In this document: positions 11,795-22,983 of the stretch, in pieces
Position numbering within the stretch: position 1 is the stretch's first letter
Layout: each line of letters begins with the position of its first letter
NCBI GenBank assembly: GCA_046290225.1
Contig: JBKAGE010000078.1
Span: 320,001-384,000 of the forward strand
Direction: 5' to 3'
From: Bradymonadia bacterium
GTDB lineage: Bacteria > Myxococcota_A > Bradymonadia > UBA7976 > UBA1532
DNA length: 64,000 bases
Notes under the pieces: model-generated
What the model was told of the DNA's origin: nothing
The model's input: the letters and a program-made list of their open reading frames with translations, nothing else
The model's database searches: none
Made by a program: the position numbers and the translations under genes

Positions 11795-12479
11795 CGAGCT
11801 GCCCCGTGAACCGGTAGCCCATCCCTCGCAAGGTCGCGATGACCTGGCCATCAGCCCCGAGCTTTCGCCTCAGCCGGGACATGTGCGCCTGGAGCGCCTC
11901 GAAGGCGGAGTCTTCTCCGGGGATGACCGCGTCGATGAGGTGCTCCCGCAGCACTACGCGCCCCGGCCTGCGGACCAGATAGGCCAGGATGCCGAACTCC
12001 GTGGGGGTGAGGTGGGTCTCTCGGCCGTTGACACGGACCGCCTGAGCGCCCATGTCCACTTCCACCGCTCCGAAACGCAGACACTCTGGCGTGGTGGGAC
12101 TCAGCGCCCCTCGGCGCAACACCGCTCTGATCCGGGCGCAGAGTTCTTCGATCCAGAAGGGCTTGGTGAGGTAGTCGTCAGCGCCGAGATCCAGAGCCCT
12201 CACCTTGTCTTGTCCGAGCAGGCGGGCGGTGAGCACGATGACCGGGATCACCGTGGTCTGCCGCAACTGCTTGAGCACGTCGTAGCCCGAGCCGTCGGGC
12301 AACATGAGATCGAGCAGGATCAGATCCGGGTCGTGCACCTTGACGGCTTCGAGGCCCTCGGCAGCGGTGGGGGCCCACTGCGCTGGGTAGCCCGCCTCGG
12401 CGAGACCAGGGAGCATCTGTCTCGCGAGGCGCTCATCGTCTTCGATGAGCACGAGGCGGGCGTGTGTGGTGACTCTCAT
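11781..12479 (-). CDS. OmpR/PhoB family response regulator
   Basis: IEDD, LDLMLPDGSG, GADDYLTKPF, LTPTEF, HMSRLRRKL, TLRGMGYRF. Confidence 0.95.
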   Translation of the reverse strand: MRVTTHARLVLIEDDERLARQMLPGLAEAGYPAQWAPTAAEGLEAVKVHDPDLILLDLMLPDGSGYDVLKQLRQTTVIPVIVLTARLLGQDKVRALDLGADDYLTKPFWIEELCARIRAVLRRGALSPTTPECLRFGAVEVDMGAQAVRVNGRETHLTPTEFGILAYLVRRPGRVVLREHLIDAVIPGEDSAFEALQAHMSRLRRKLGADGQVIATLRGMGYRFTGQLDGQA

Positions 12480-12585
12480 GACGTGACTTTCATGACACAA
12501 GTGACCTCAAAGACACGGTGGCTGGGTCTCAGCATGAAGGTGTAGGGTGTGAGCTACAAGGTGAGTCAGGCCCCAGCACAGCCCT

Positions 12586-12603
12586 TCGTCAGATGGTCGT
12601 CAG
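12586..12603 (+). promoter_or_regulatory. Putative OmpR-type box (TCGTCAG direct repeat, 11-bp period)
   Basis: tcgtcag at 12586 and 12597 in the divergent region between the regulator and the cytochrome operon. Confidence 0.35.
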
Positions 12604-12710
12604 GTTCGGGGGTTAACTTGACCTTCCCACCTCGTTGACCGTGTCATTCACGGGGTGAGCATCACTGGAGTGGCCCCTGGGCTGGGGGCTCTTGCCGGGA
12701 GATAGACATC

Positions 12711-14312
12711 ATGCGCAACACCGTCCGCGGTGCTCCGAGGCCTCGCCCTCGAAGAGTCCGCTCGTCGATGGTTCGAGGAAGCCTGGCCATCGGGGCTCTT
12801 GTTCTGGGGCTCCCTCTGGTGGGCCACAGTCGCCCTTCTGCCCCAAAGGCATTCTGCGATCTCTACACCGAAGCGCCGAAGTGCCAGACGGGTGGCGTGC
12901 AGTGCGAGGTCTGTCACACGACACCTCCAGCACGGAACCTCTATGGCGACGCCGTAGAGAAATCCATGGCCGACATCGATCTGCCCCGGCCCCTCGGCGA
13001 GCCGGAGTTCCTCATGGCGCTCCCCGAGTCTCTGCGGGCCATCGAGATGGATGACGCTGACGGCGACGGGGTGAGCAACCACGAGGAGATCCTCGCCGGC
13101 TCGTGGCCTGCTGACGCCACGAGCATGCCGGACTATGCCGCGTGTGACGAGACCACCGCCGCCCGGGCCTCTCGCTCGGACAACGGCTGGAACGTCTGCG
13201 ACTTCGATCCAGCCTATGTCTACAAGAAGGTGGCCCTGGACTTCTGTGGCCGCTCCCCGAGCCTCGAGGCTCAAGAGGACTTCGCCGAGCTCGTCGCCGA
13301 GGGTGGTGACTGGGCCTCCGTGCTGCACAGTCAGCTCGACGAGTGCCTCAAGAGCCAGTTCTGGCTGGGCAAGGACGGCGCGCTCTGGGCCCTGGCCAAC
13401 GACAAAATCGGCCCCACCCAGGCGGTGAAGAGTGGCGAAGACGCCGGCGACATCCCTCTGGGCGACTACTACGACGACTACCAGCTCTGGGCCTACACTC
13501 AGAGCGGAGATCGCGACGCCCGGGAGGTACTCACGGCGCAGTACTTCGTCACCCAGGATCGTGAAGATCCCACCGAGTTTTCCACCTTCACCTTCGCCCC
13601 CACCCGGGACTTCGCCCGTCGCGGCTTCGACGGGGTGCAGCTGGTGCACCCGGATCACCGGGCGGGCATGCTGACCACGCGGTGGTTCCTGGTGTCCAAC
13701 ACCATGTTCACCAGTGTGCCCCGCACCTCGGCGGCGGTGGCCTACAAGGCGTTCCTCGGCTACGACATCGCCCGGATGGAGGGCCTGGACAGCGTGCCGG
13801 GCGAGCCGAAGGACTACGACGACAAGGGCGTGCAGCGGGCAGACTGCGCGGTGTGTCACGCCACCCTCGACCCCCTCACCTACCCCTTCGCCTCGTACGA
13901 GGGCCTCGGCGGCGGTGAGGGCGGCGACGCGCTGGTCGACATCGGCGGCGGCGCCGATTTGGTGAACAGCGACGGCACCTTCAACCTGCCCGTGGCCACC
14001 TACAACCCCGATCGGCTCGAGCGGTTCCCCACCATCGATGGCGAGCGTGTGGTCGACACCCCAGAGGCGGGTGTGCTCTTCGGCCAGCCCGTGGCCAATT
14101 TGCAAGAGTGGGCCCAGGTGGCCGCCAACAGCGACGCCTTCGCCCGCACCACGGTGAAAGACTACTGGACCTTGCTCAACGGCATCCCCCCTCAGCCCGC
14201 TCAGGCAGCGGAGTTCGAGGCCCTCTGGCGGGCCTTCCGGGGAGAGCACGCATACCGTGTGGAGCGCATGCTGCACGCCCTCATCATGACGGAGGCCTAC
14301 GGTGTACCGTGA
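12711..14312 (+). CDS. Exported di-haem c-type cytochrome-like protein (DUF1549/DUF1588/DUF1585-like)
   Basis: Signal peptide; CEVCH and CAVCH haem motifs; DADGDG..EEI Ca-type loop; LDFCGRSP, RAGMLTT, CHATLDPL segments. Confidence 0.75.
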   Translation: MRNTVRGAPRPRPRRVRSSMVRGSLAIGALVLGLPLVGHSRPSAPKAFCDLYTEAPKCQTGGVQCEVCHTTPPARNLYGDAVEKSMADIDLPRPLGEPEFLMALPESLRAIEMDDADGDGVSNHEEILAGSWPADATSMPDYAACDETTAARASRSDNGWNVCDFDPAYVYKKVALDFCGRSPSLEAQEDFAELVAEGGDWASVLHSQLDECLKSQFWLGKDGALWALANDKIGPTQAVKSGEDAGDIPLGDYYDDYQLWAYTQSGDRDAREVLTAQYFVTQDREDPTEFSTFTFAPTRDFARRGFDGVQLVHPDHRAGMLTTRWFLVSNTMFTSVPRTSAAVAYKAFLGYDIARMEGLDSVPGEPKDYDDKGVQRADCAVCHATLDPLTYPFASYEGLGGGEGGDALVDIGGGADLVNSDGTFNLPVATYNPDRLERFPTIDGERVVDTPEAGVLFGQPVANLQEWAQVAANSDAFARTTVKDYWTLLNGIPPQPAQAAEFEALWRAFRGEHAYRVERMLHALIMTEAYGVP

Positions 14313-15039
14313 TCGACGTACGAATCGGTGGTCGCTTGTGGTGACCGCAGCAGCGGCCCTGACCTTCTGGGGCTGTGGTGAAGACAGCAAGAGTGCCGAC
14401 ACCGGCGGCGAAGCCGGAGCCGGCGGTAGCGCGGGTGCTGGCGGAGTGGCAGGAGCAGGAGGCGCCGGCGGTACAGGCGGCGAAGCTGGCGCGGGTGGCA
14501 TGGCGCAGGTGGATCCCAACGCCCCCGTGGCAGAAAGCCTCAAGGGTCAGACGCGGTTCAAGGGCGGCAAGCGCCTCGCCAACGATCTCGCCGACAGCCT
14601 CTCGATCCCCCGCGAGGCGCTGTGCAAGGAGCTTGGGCGCTTCGACTGCGTCGATCAGGTGCACACCATTGTGCTCGGTGGCGTGGAGCCCTACCGCATC
14701 GGCATCCGCAACCCGCTCCCCGTGGCGCCGGCCACGGCCCCCATGGCCGCGGATCGGCTCACCCTCACCGCCTGCACCGAGCGGGTGAAGCGAGACAAGG
14801 CCGATCTGGCCAACGGGGTGCTTGCCACCGAGATCCCGGAGACCCCCGACGCCTCATGGCTCGAGGATCGCTCCACGGTGATGGTGGAGAAGCTGCTCCG
14901 CAGGCGCGCCCTGCCGGAGGAGATCACCGCCCTGGTGGATCTGCATGGTGAGCTGGCCGCAGAAGGTGGCTCCACCGAAGACTGGCTGGTCCTCGGCTGC
15001 TTCACCGTGGCCAGCAGCCTCGAATCACTCTTTTACTGA
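14302..15039 (+). CDS. Lipoprotein with GAGG linker, partner of DUF1501 operon
   Basis: Lipobox FWGC; LCKELGRFDC, LLRRRA, C-terminal ASSLESLFY; overlaps upstream gene. Confidence 0.75.
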   Translation: MYRDRRTNRWSLVVTAAAALTFWGCGEDSKSADTGGEAGAGGSAGAGGVAGAGGAGGTGGEAGAGGMAQVDPNAPVAESLKGQTRFKGGKRLANDLADSLSIPREALCKELGRFDCVDQVHTIVLGGVEPYRIGIRNPLPVAPATAPMAADRLTLTACTERVKRDKADLANGVLATEIPETPDASWLEDRSTVMVEKLLRRRALPEEITALVDLHGELAAEGGSTEDWLVLGCFTVASSLESLFY

Positions 15040-15054
15040 GATCTGGAGTCCACC

Positions 15055-16626
<1,572 letters not shown>

Positions 16627-16639
16627 TAGCGTCCGGGTC

Positions 16640-18328
16640 ATGAACGAGACCCGGCACCGCCTCACCCGCCGGGGGCTGCTCCAGCGCGCGCTGGTCATGG
16701 CCCCCAGCACCTTGATCCTCCCTTCAGTGCTTCTCAGCGATCCGCGCACCGCCGCAGGGCAGGAGATGCTCCGCCGCGATCGGCTCGCCCTGCTCTACAG
16801 CAACCAGGTCATCTTCGATCGCGCAGGGCAGCCCCTCGTGAGCGTACGGGTGATGGAGCAGCGCGAGCCCATCACCTTTTCGGGTCCTGGCCGCCTCACC
16901 CTGCTGCCTGGTGCTGACTCCGGCTCCCGGGTGAAGTCACCGCCCAAAGCCCGCTGGACCGTACGTGTCGAAGAGGCGGAGGCTGGAGAAGCCCAGCACT
17001 GGGTCGTTGTGGAGCGGTTCCCCGCAGGGCAGATGAGCGCTGCTCTGGGCAGCCGTCAGATCTGGGCTGACAAGGGCCACGAGGTGCGCATCCTCGAATC
17101 CGGGGCGCTGTTGGGCCTCGCCGGGCGCACCCTGGACACCCGGGCCTTCAATGTGGTCATCGACCCGCAGCCCACCGAGGGGGAGGCACAGGCCCTCGCC
17201 GATCGGCTCATGGCCCAGGGACCCGTCGTCGGCGAGGTCATGTCCGAGTCGGCGCCGGGCAAACGCCCCACGGGCTGGATCGTGGCCCGCGAGGCTCGCT
17301 CTGGAGTCGAGATCAGGGCTCGAGATCTGCTGTGGATCACCCCGGAGGCGGGGCGCACCGTCGACCTCAAGGCTGTGCCCACCAAGCGCGGCCCGAAAGA
17401 TCGCAGCTACGAGGGCGATGTCTATTTCGCCGTGGGTCGAGGTGGTCTGCTCTCGGCGGTGAACCTGCTCCGGGCAGAGCGCATGCTCGAGGGGGTGGTG
17501 CCCTCAGAGCTCTACCCCGCCGCCCCTCTCGAAGCGCTCAAAGCCCAGGCCATCGCCGCCCGTGGGCAGCTGCTCGCCAAAGTGGGCACGCGCCATCGTG
17601 CAGATCCATACTTGCTGTGCTCCGAGACCCACTGTCAGGTCTACGGGGGTCACGATCAGCACCACAAGCGCACCACTGAGGCCGTTCAGAGCACCCAGGG
17701 CGAACTGCTCTTCGACAAGACCGGTCTCGTGGACACAGTGTACTGCTCGAGTTCCGGGGGCCACACCGAGGCATTCCACAACATCTGGGGTGGCCAGCCC
17801 AAAGCGGCCCTCATGGGGATCCTCGACGCCCCGGGCACCCACAGTCCCCTCCCCACCGAGGACGTGGCCACGTGGCTCAAGAACCCGCCCAAAGGGGCCT
17901 GGGATGCCGCCACGAAGGCCGGCACCCGCGTCTTTCGCTGGGAGGCCACCCGCACCGGCGAGCAGGTGACCCGGGCGGTGAACGCCCTCGCCAACGTGGG
18001 GCCGGTCATCGACATCAAACCTCTACGCCGCGGCGTGAGTGGCCGGGTGCTCGCCATCGAGTACATCGGCGCCAAGGGCCGCCACATCGTCGAAGGCGAA
18101 TACCCCAACCGACTCGTCCTCGGTCGGCTGCGCAGCGGCATGTGGGTGATGCGTCGAGAGGGCGCCCAGGGCCGTCAGCCCAGTCGCTACGTCTTCAACG
18201 GAGGCGGCTTCGGCCATGGTGTGGGCATGAGCCAGCATGGAGCCATGGGCATGGCCAAACAGGGCAAGACCTACCGGGACATTCTGGCCCACTACTACGT
18301 GGGCAGCCACATCGAGAAGGCCTGGTAA
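16640..18328 (+). CDS. SpoIID/LytB domain protein (lytic transglycosylase-like)
   Basis: GVVPSE, EALKAQAIAAR, HCQVYGG, SSSGGHTE, GFGHGVGMSQHGA, ILAHYY; N-terminal LTRRGLL Tat-like signal. Confidence 0.92.
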   Translation: MNETRHRLTRRGLLQRALVMAPSTLILPSVLLSDPRTAAGQEMLRRDRLALLYSNQVIFDRAGQPLVSVRVMEQREPITFSGPGRLTLLPGADSGSRVKSPPKARWTVRVEEAEAGEAQHWVVVERFPAGQMSAALGSRQIWADKGHEVRILESGALLGLAGRTLDTRAFNVVIDPQPTEGEAQALADRLMAQGPVVGEVMSESAPGKRPTGWIVAREARSGVEIRARDLLWITPEAGRTVDLKAVPTKRGPKDRSYEGDVYFAVGRGGLLSAVNLLRAERMLEGVVPSELYPAAPLEALKAQAIAARGQLLAKVGTRHRADPYLLCSETHCQVYGGHDQHHKRTTEAVQSTQGELLFDKTGLVDTVYCSSSGGHTEAFHNIWGGQPKAALMGILDAPGTHSPLPTEDVATWLKNPPKGAWDAATKAGTRVFRWEATRTGEQVTRAVNALANVGPVIDIKPLRRGVSGRVLAIEYIGAKGRHIVEGEYPNRLVLGRLRSGMWVMRREGAQGRQPSRYVFNGGGFGHGVGMSQHGAMGMAKQGKTYRDILAHYYVGSHIEKAW

Positions 18329-18330
18329 CC

Positions 18331-20553
18331 TCAGCGCTTCCAGGGGGGCGGTCGCCGACGCTTGGCCCCACGCTTCGGCGCTCCTGGCGGCTTCGTTGCT
18401 CGGGACCAGCCCTGACCGATGGCGTACAGCTGATGATCGGCATAGCGCAGCAGCTGCTTGGCCATCTTCTCGTGTTGTGACCAGTCGAAGAGATTCACCC
18501 GCTCGCTCGGATCAGCCTTCAAATCGTACAGCTCGAAGGTGTTGCTGTTGATGCGATAGATGAGCTTCAGATCGCCCAACCGCAACCCCACCTGATGCCC
18601 AGTGTAGTTCTGATCGGGCAGCACCTCGAACCACACAGGTGCCACGGGTGCAGCCTCCCCCGTGAGGATCTCCTCGGCTCGGGTACGGCCGAGGAAGTCC
18701 TGGGGGATCTTCATCCCCATCAAGTCGAGGATCGTCGGCGCCACCTCGATGTGGCCAATGGGGGTGGTGAGGGTACGCTGGGGCACCCCGGGCACCTTCA
18801 TGATCAACGGCACATGCACCATCTCTTCATAGAGCGTGGAGCCGTGGAATCGGTGGCCGTGCTCGAGGAACTCGTCGCCGTGATCTGCGGTGATCACCAG
18901 CAGCGTGTTGTCGTAGAGGCCCCGAGCCTTCAGCTCTTTGATCAGGCGCCCCAGCTCGTCGTCGACGTAGCGACAGATCGCGCGATAGCGGGCCTCGTCC
19001 GAACTGTCCTCTGCGGGGAAGTTCGGCACCTCGAAGTAGGGATCGTGGGGATCGTAGTAGTGAGCCCACAGATAGAACCGATCCGCGGGGTTGCGCACCT
19101 TCTTGGCCTGCCAGCGCTCGAGGTGCTTGAGCACGCCGTCGGTGAGGTGGGTCGACCCCGGGGTGGCGCCGTGGGTGGTGAACTTGCTGGTGTTGTAGTC
19201 GGCGACGTCGATCGCCTGCCGCAGGTTGCGTACGAAGAAGACCGTGACGTTGGCGAAGAGCGCGGTGTGCCAGCCTCCGGCTCGAAGCTCCTCGGTGAGC
19301 AGGCGCTCCTGGTTGATGGGCGTCTGATCGCCGCCCATCTGGATGCGAGATGGCATGTTCGAGGTCATGAGGGCGGCGACGGACCAGTAGGTCGACGCCC
19401 CAGCGCTGTATGCGTCGGTGTAGTGCACCGCCTCGCCCTCGGCGAGGGCCTTCAGGTTGGGCATCTCGGTGTCGATCATGTCGGCCCGGAGCGCGTCGAT
19501 GGTGAGGATCAGCACGTTCCAGTTCTGCCGAGGCCGCACGGGCGCCACCCGCGGCGACTCCAACAACGGATCCTCCGCGAGCACCAGATCTGCCCCAGTG
19601 CAGTTTTGATCGATGCCGTCTCCAGGCACGTCGTACACCCCGGTCCTCACCTTGGGATCCGCGTCATTGCAGTCTCCGCCGGCGAAGGCCTGGGACACCC
19701 CATCACCGTCGCCGTCGTACATCTTGCGCAGGCGACGGGTCATCGGCCCCGTGAGCAACGTGTCTCGCTCTACAGCGAGCGCTCTACCCGGCACATCGCC
19801 GAGGGCCCCCGCGGCCCAGAGCATGCAGGCGATCATGATCAATGGGGTGGTGACGGCCACTGCGAAAGCGGGCTTGCCCACCTCGGGGCGCCAGCGCACC
19901 AGGCCATGGGCGGCGAAGAGCAGGCCGATCCACAACAGGGCCATTCTCGCCGGGCGCATGTCGACGGTGTGCAGCTGCTTGATCAACACAGGGGCCAGGA
20001 AGGCACCGAGCACCACGCATGTGGATACCCAGATCGCCGCCCCCTTGAGGGTGGTGGGGTCCACAGCACGGGGCAGCTTGGGGCTGAGCCAGCGCACCAA
20101 ACGGGTCAACGCCCCGACAATGGGCCCAGCCAGGGCTGCGAGGACACAGACGACCACGGCGGCGGTGAGGCCCGAGGCGAGGCCCTGGTAGAAGTGCCGT
20201 TTGAAAGACTTCACCCACGTCACGGTGAAGACCTGCACCACCATGATGAGCACCGTGAGCGCCAGCACCGCGAAGATGACCCAGGCCACCTTCCGTGCCG
20301 GGCTCGAGGCCGGGCGCCCTGCCCCACCCCAGCGCCACCCGAAGGCGATGCCGCGCCAGGACAGGCTGCTCACGAGGCCCAGGCCCCACAGCGGCAAACC
20401 CAAGATCCCGAGAATGGTGGCGCAGAGGGTCAGGCTGCCCCCGAAGCCGCCCAGCTCGGTGGCGCTGGTCATGAGAGTGCGGATCCACTCCACGAGGACC
20501 AGAGCCAGGGCGGCGAGGGCCGGGGGGAGAGAGATGTGGCTCACAGCGCGCAT
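18331..20553 (-). CDS. Polytopic membrane protein with sulfatase-like (alkaline phosphatase superfamily) domain
   Basis: About 7 N-terminal TM helices, DCND..DGIDQNC repeat, LTIDALRAD, HYYDPHDPY, ITADHGDEF..HG, LYEEMVHVPL, ELYDLKADP. Confidence 0.88.
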   Translation of the reverse strand: MRAVSHISLPPALAALALVLVEWIRTLMTSATELGGFGGSLTLCATILGILGLPLWGLGLVSSLSWRGIAFGWRWGGAGRPASSPARKVAWVIFAVLALTVLIMVVQVFTVTWVKSFKRHFYQGLASGLTAAVVVCVLAALAGPIVGALTRLVRWLSPKLPRAVDPTTLKGAAIWVSTCVVLGAFLAPVLIKQLHTVDMRPARMALLWIGLLFAAHGLVRWRPEVGKPAFAVAVTTPLIMIACMLWAAGALGDVPGRALAVERDTLLTGPMTRRLRKMYDGDGDGVSQAFAGGDCNDADPKVRTGVYDVPGDGIDQNCTGADLVLAEDPLLESPRVAPVRPRQNWNVLILTIDALRADMIDTEMPNLKALAEGEAVHYTDAYSAGASTYWSVAALMTSNMPSRIQMGGDQTPINQERLLTEELRAGGWHTALFANVTVFFVRNLRQAIDVADYNTSKFTTHGATPGSTHLTDGVLKHLERWQAKKVRNPADRFYLWAHYYDPHDPYFEVPNFPAEDSSDEARYRAICRYVDDELGRLIKELKARGLYDNTLLVITADHGDEFLEHGHRFHGSTLYEEMVHVPLIMKVPGVPQRTLTTPIGHIEVAPTILDLMGMKIPQDFLGRTRAEEILTGEAAPVAPVWFEVLPDQNYTGHQVGLRLGDLKLIYRINSNTFELYDLKADPSERVNLFDWSQHEKMAKQLLRYADHQLYAIGQGWSRATKPPGAPKRGAKRRRPPPWKR

Positions 20554-20720
20554 GCACGACTCCGTACCAGGGCAAAAAAGCACGGGACCATATCACGATC
20601 GATACACCTGGGCACGGCTGCGGATCTGCCACCCTCGGGGGGTGTCGTCGCAAACCTTTGCGCTCGGCGCCACGCCCCCTATCATGCGGCCCTCTCTGCC
20701 ACTTTGGAGTCAGCCGCACC

Positions 20721-21701
20721 ATGTCGTCTCCCGATCAGCCCTCTCCCTCAGCGGACAGCACCTCTCGAGAGCGGGGGCCGCGTCAGAGCCAGGCGGTCCT
20801 GGTCACCGGATGCAGCGGCGGCTTCGGGTTCCGCGCCGCCCGCAGCCTCGGCCGCGCCGGGCACCGGGTCATCGCCGGGCTCCGGGCCCCAGAAGGCTCG
20901 AACCGCCCACAGGCCACCGCCCTCACCGGCACCGCAGTCGCCGAGGGCTGGGAAGTCCTGTGCCTGCCCCTCGACGTGGACGACACCGCCTCTGTTGAAG
21001 GCGCAGTCGAAGAAGCCACCCGTTGGGCGGGCCCTCTCGACACGGTGGTGAACACCGCAGCCTACAGCGTGATGGGCCCCTTGGAGGCCTGTACACCGGA
21101 GCAACTGTTGAGCATGCTCAACACCAACGTGGTGGGGGCGCTGAGGTTGTTCCGTGCGGTGCTGCCGCAGATGCGGGGCGCCGGGGCTGGGCGCATCATT
21201 CAGCTCACCAGCGGCCTGGGCCGCGCCGCGGTGCCGTTCATGGGCATCTTTGCCGCAGGGGCCTGGGCTCAGGAGTGCTTCGCCGAGGTCCTCGCCTACG
21301 AGGCTGCGGCCTTTGGCGTCGATGTGGCGATCCTCGAGCCCGCGGGCTACTCCCACGCTGAAGGCTCACCGCCTGATGGCCTCACCGGAGAGCGCCGTGA
21401 GACCCGCCGGGGTGGCCCGCCGCTGAAGATGGTGGGCGACACAGATCGGCTGCCGGCCTATGAGCGACAGCTGGTGTCCTTCGCTGAGCACCTGCGACGC
21501 AACGACACTCCGGAGGGTGATCCCGAAGAGGTCGCCGAGGCGGTGGTCCGCGCCGTCGAGGCCCTGAACGTGCCCCTGCGCACCCCCGTGGGTACGGCGG
21601 CGAAGGCCCTCATCGATCTGCGCTCTGAGAAGCGGGGTGCGGATTACGAGCAGGCCATCACCGAGCTCACGGGGCTCGCCCGCTTCCGTCACCCCGAGTA
21701 G
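20721..21701 (+). CDS. Short-chain dehydrogenase/reductase family protein (YxxxK degenerate)
   Basis: VLVTGCSGGFG Rossmann motif, LDVDD, NTNVVG, ILEPAG; YxxxK position reads FAAGA. Confidence 0.85.
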   Translation: MSSPDQPSPSADSTSRERGPRQSQAVLVTGCSGGFGFRAARSLGRAGHRVIAGLRAPEGSNRPQATALTGTAVAEGWEVLCLPLDVDDTASVEGAVEEATRWAGPLDTVVNTAAYSVMGPLEACTPEQLLSMLNTNVVGALRLFRAVLPQMRGAGAGRIIQLTSGLGRAAVPFMGIFAAGAWAQECFAEVLAYEAAAFGVDVAILEPAGYSHAEGSPPDGLTGERRETRRGGPPLKMVGDTDRLPAYERQLVSFAEHLRRNDTPEGDPEEVAEAVVRAVEALNVPLRTPVGTAAKALIDLRSEKRGADYEQAITELTGLARFRHPE

Positions 21702-21705
21702 GCCC

Positions 21706-22173
21706 TCAGCCACCCGCCTGGCGGGCGATGTCCACGGCCTTCCGCTGGACCCGCGGGTCGAAGGACGAGAACTCCAACCCCTTCAACTTCTGGATGAACT
21801 GGCGCTTCTTCGGCAGCGGGTTCCCCAGCTCCACATAGGGCTCGATGAGGTCGAGGGCCTCTCGGAGTACCTCGTCTTTGGGGTGCTCGAGCACCCGCAG
21901 CAGAATCTCCATGTCATCGGGCAGGCCGTGCTCTTTGCGCAGGGCGTCGATGGCCTTGATGAGCTTGGGGCCCGACTCCGCGGCCCGCACCGCCCGCAGG
22001 GCCTTGGTCCGGGGATCAGGGCTGGCCTCTCCGTCGAGGCCTGCCTCGGCCATGCGCTCTTTGAGATGCTCGGGCACCACGCCTCGATCGAAGAAGGCAT
22101 CGAGGGAGCGCTTGTAGTCTTTGGTGGCGGTGGTGACGCGGGGCTCGCGGCCACGGCGGCGATCGTTGGACAT
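21706..22173 (-). CDS. Hypothetical helical protein
   Basis: GAGG RBS before ATG at 22173; host-like codon use; follows GST in same orientation. Confidence 0.7.
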   Translation of the reverse strand: MSNDRRRGREPRVTTATKDYKRSLDAFFDRGVVPEHLKERMAEAGLDGEASPDPRTKALRAVRAAESGPKLIKAIDALRKEHGLPDDMEILLRVLEHPKDEVLREALDLIEPYVELGNPLPKKRQFIQKLKGLEFSSFDPRVQRKAVDIARQAGG

Positions 22174-22195
22174 GGTGATTCCTCTATCTCGGTGC

Positions 22196-22873
22196 TCAGC
22201 GAGCAGCTTCCATGCTCGCCTTGTACTCGGCCTTGGCCGCCTGCTCTCGGATGGTGGCGTCCGCGAAGGCCGGCCGGCTCCACAGGCGTTGAGCATACTC
22301 CAGCAGCTCGGAGACCTCGATGGGGAAGCCCGCCTTCATCGCCCAAGCCAGGGTGTGACCCGCCAGCACGTCGGCGAAGGTGAAGCGATCCCCCACCAGA
22401 TACTCTCGGCCCTCAAGGCCACGGGCGAGGACCTTCTCCACCCGGCGGTACTCTTTCTCTGCTGTGGGGATCACCTCGGGCACCCGCAGGGCCTCGGGCA
22501 GGGCGAAGGTGTGCTTGGCCTTCAGCCAGAGCGGCTGCTCCAGCTCGGTGACCACGAAGGTGGACCACTGCAGGTAGAGCCCCTTCTCCGGGCTCCCCGC
22601 CTCGGGCACGAACCCAGACTCGGGGTGTTGCTCGCCGAGGTAGGTCAGGATGGCCGCGGACTCGAAGAGGCTGAGATCGCCATCGGTGAGCGCAGGCACC
22701 TTCCCATTGGGGTTCACCGCCAGGAAGGCCGGCTTTCGGTGGCCACCAGAGTAGAAGTCCACGTGCTCGATGGTGTAGGGCTGGCCCAGCTCTTCCAGGG
22801 CCCACACCACCCGCGACGAGCGGGAAGGGCCAGAGCCATAGACGGTATAGCGGGGGGCCTGCGACGACGACAT
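22196..22873 (-). CDS. Glutathione S-transferase family protein
   Basis: RSSRVVWALEE, NPNGKVPAL, LFESAAILTYL, YLVGDRFTFADV. Confidence 0.93.
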   Translation of the reverse strand: MSSSQAPRYTVYGSGPSRSSRVVWALEELGQPYTIEHVDFYSGGHRKPAFLAVNPNGKVPALTDGDLSLFESAAILTYLGEQHPESGFVPEAGSPEKGLYLQWSTFVVTELEQPLWLKAKHTFALPEALRVPEVIPTAEKEYRRVEKVLARGLEGREYLVGDRFTFADVLAGHTLAWAMKAGFPIEVSELLEYAQRLWSRPAFADATIREQAAKAEYKASMEAAR

Positions 22874-22983
22874 GGGTGCTCCTCGTAGGTCGGGATCTCG
22901 GCGGCTCATGATGGAGGCCAGCCCCCACCACATACAACCCTGATGGCATCCTCTGCATCTGCAGGTATCATCAGGCGCTTTTC

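Noticed and set aside
18595..21051. 818-aa plus-strand ORF, and similar long ORFs at 12648-14543, 28436-30565, 32380-34311, 41442-43214 and 47611-49410
   Set aside because: Each lies opposite well-supported genes, has no motifs, and is expected from stop-codon scarcity at high GC.
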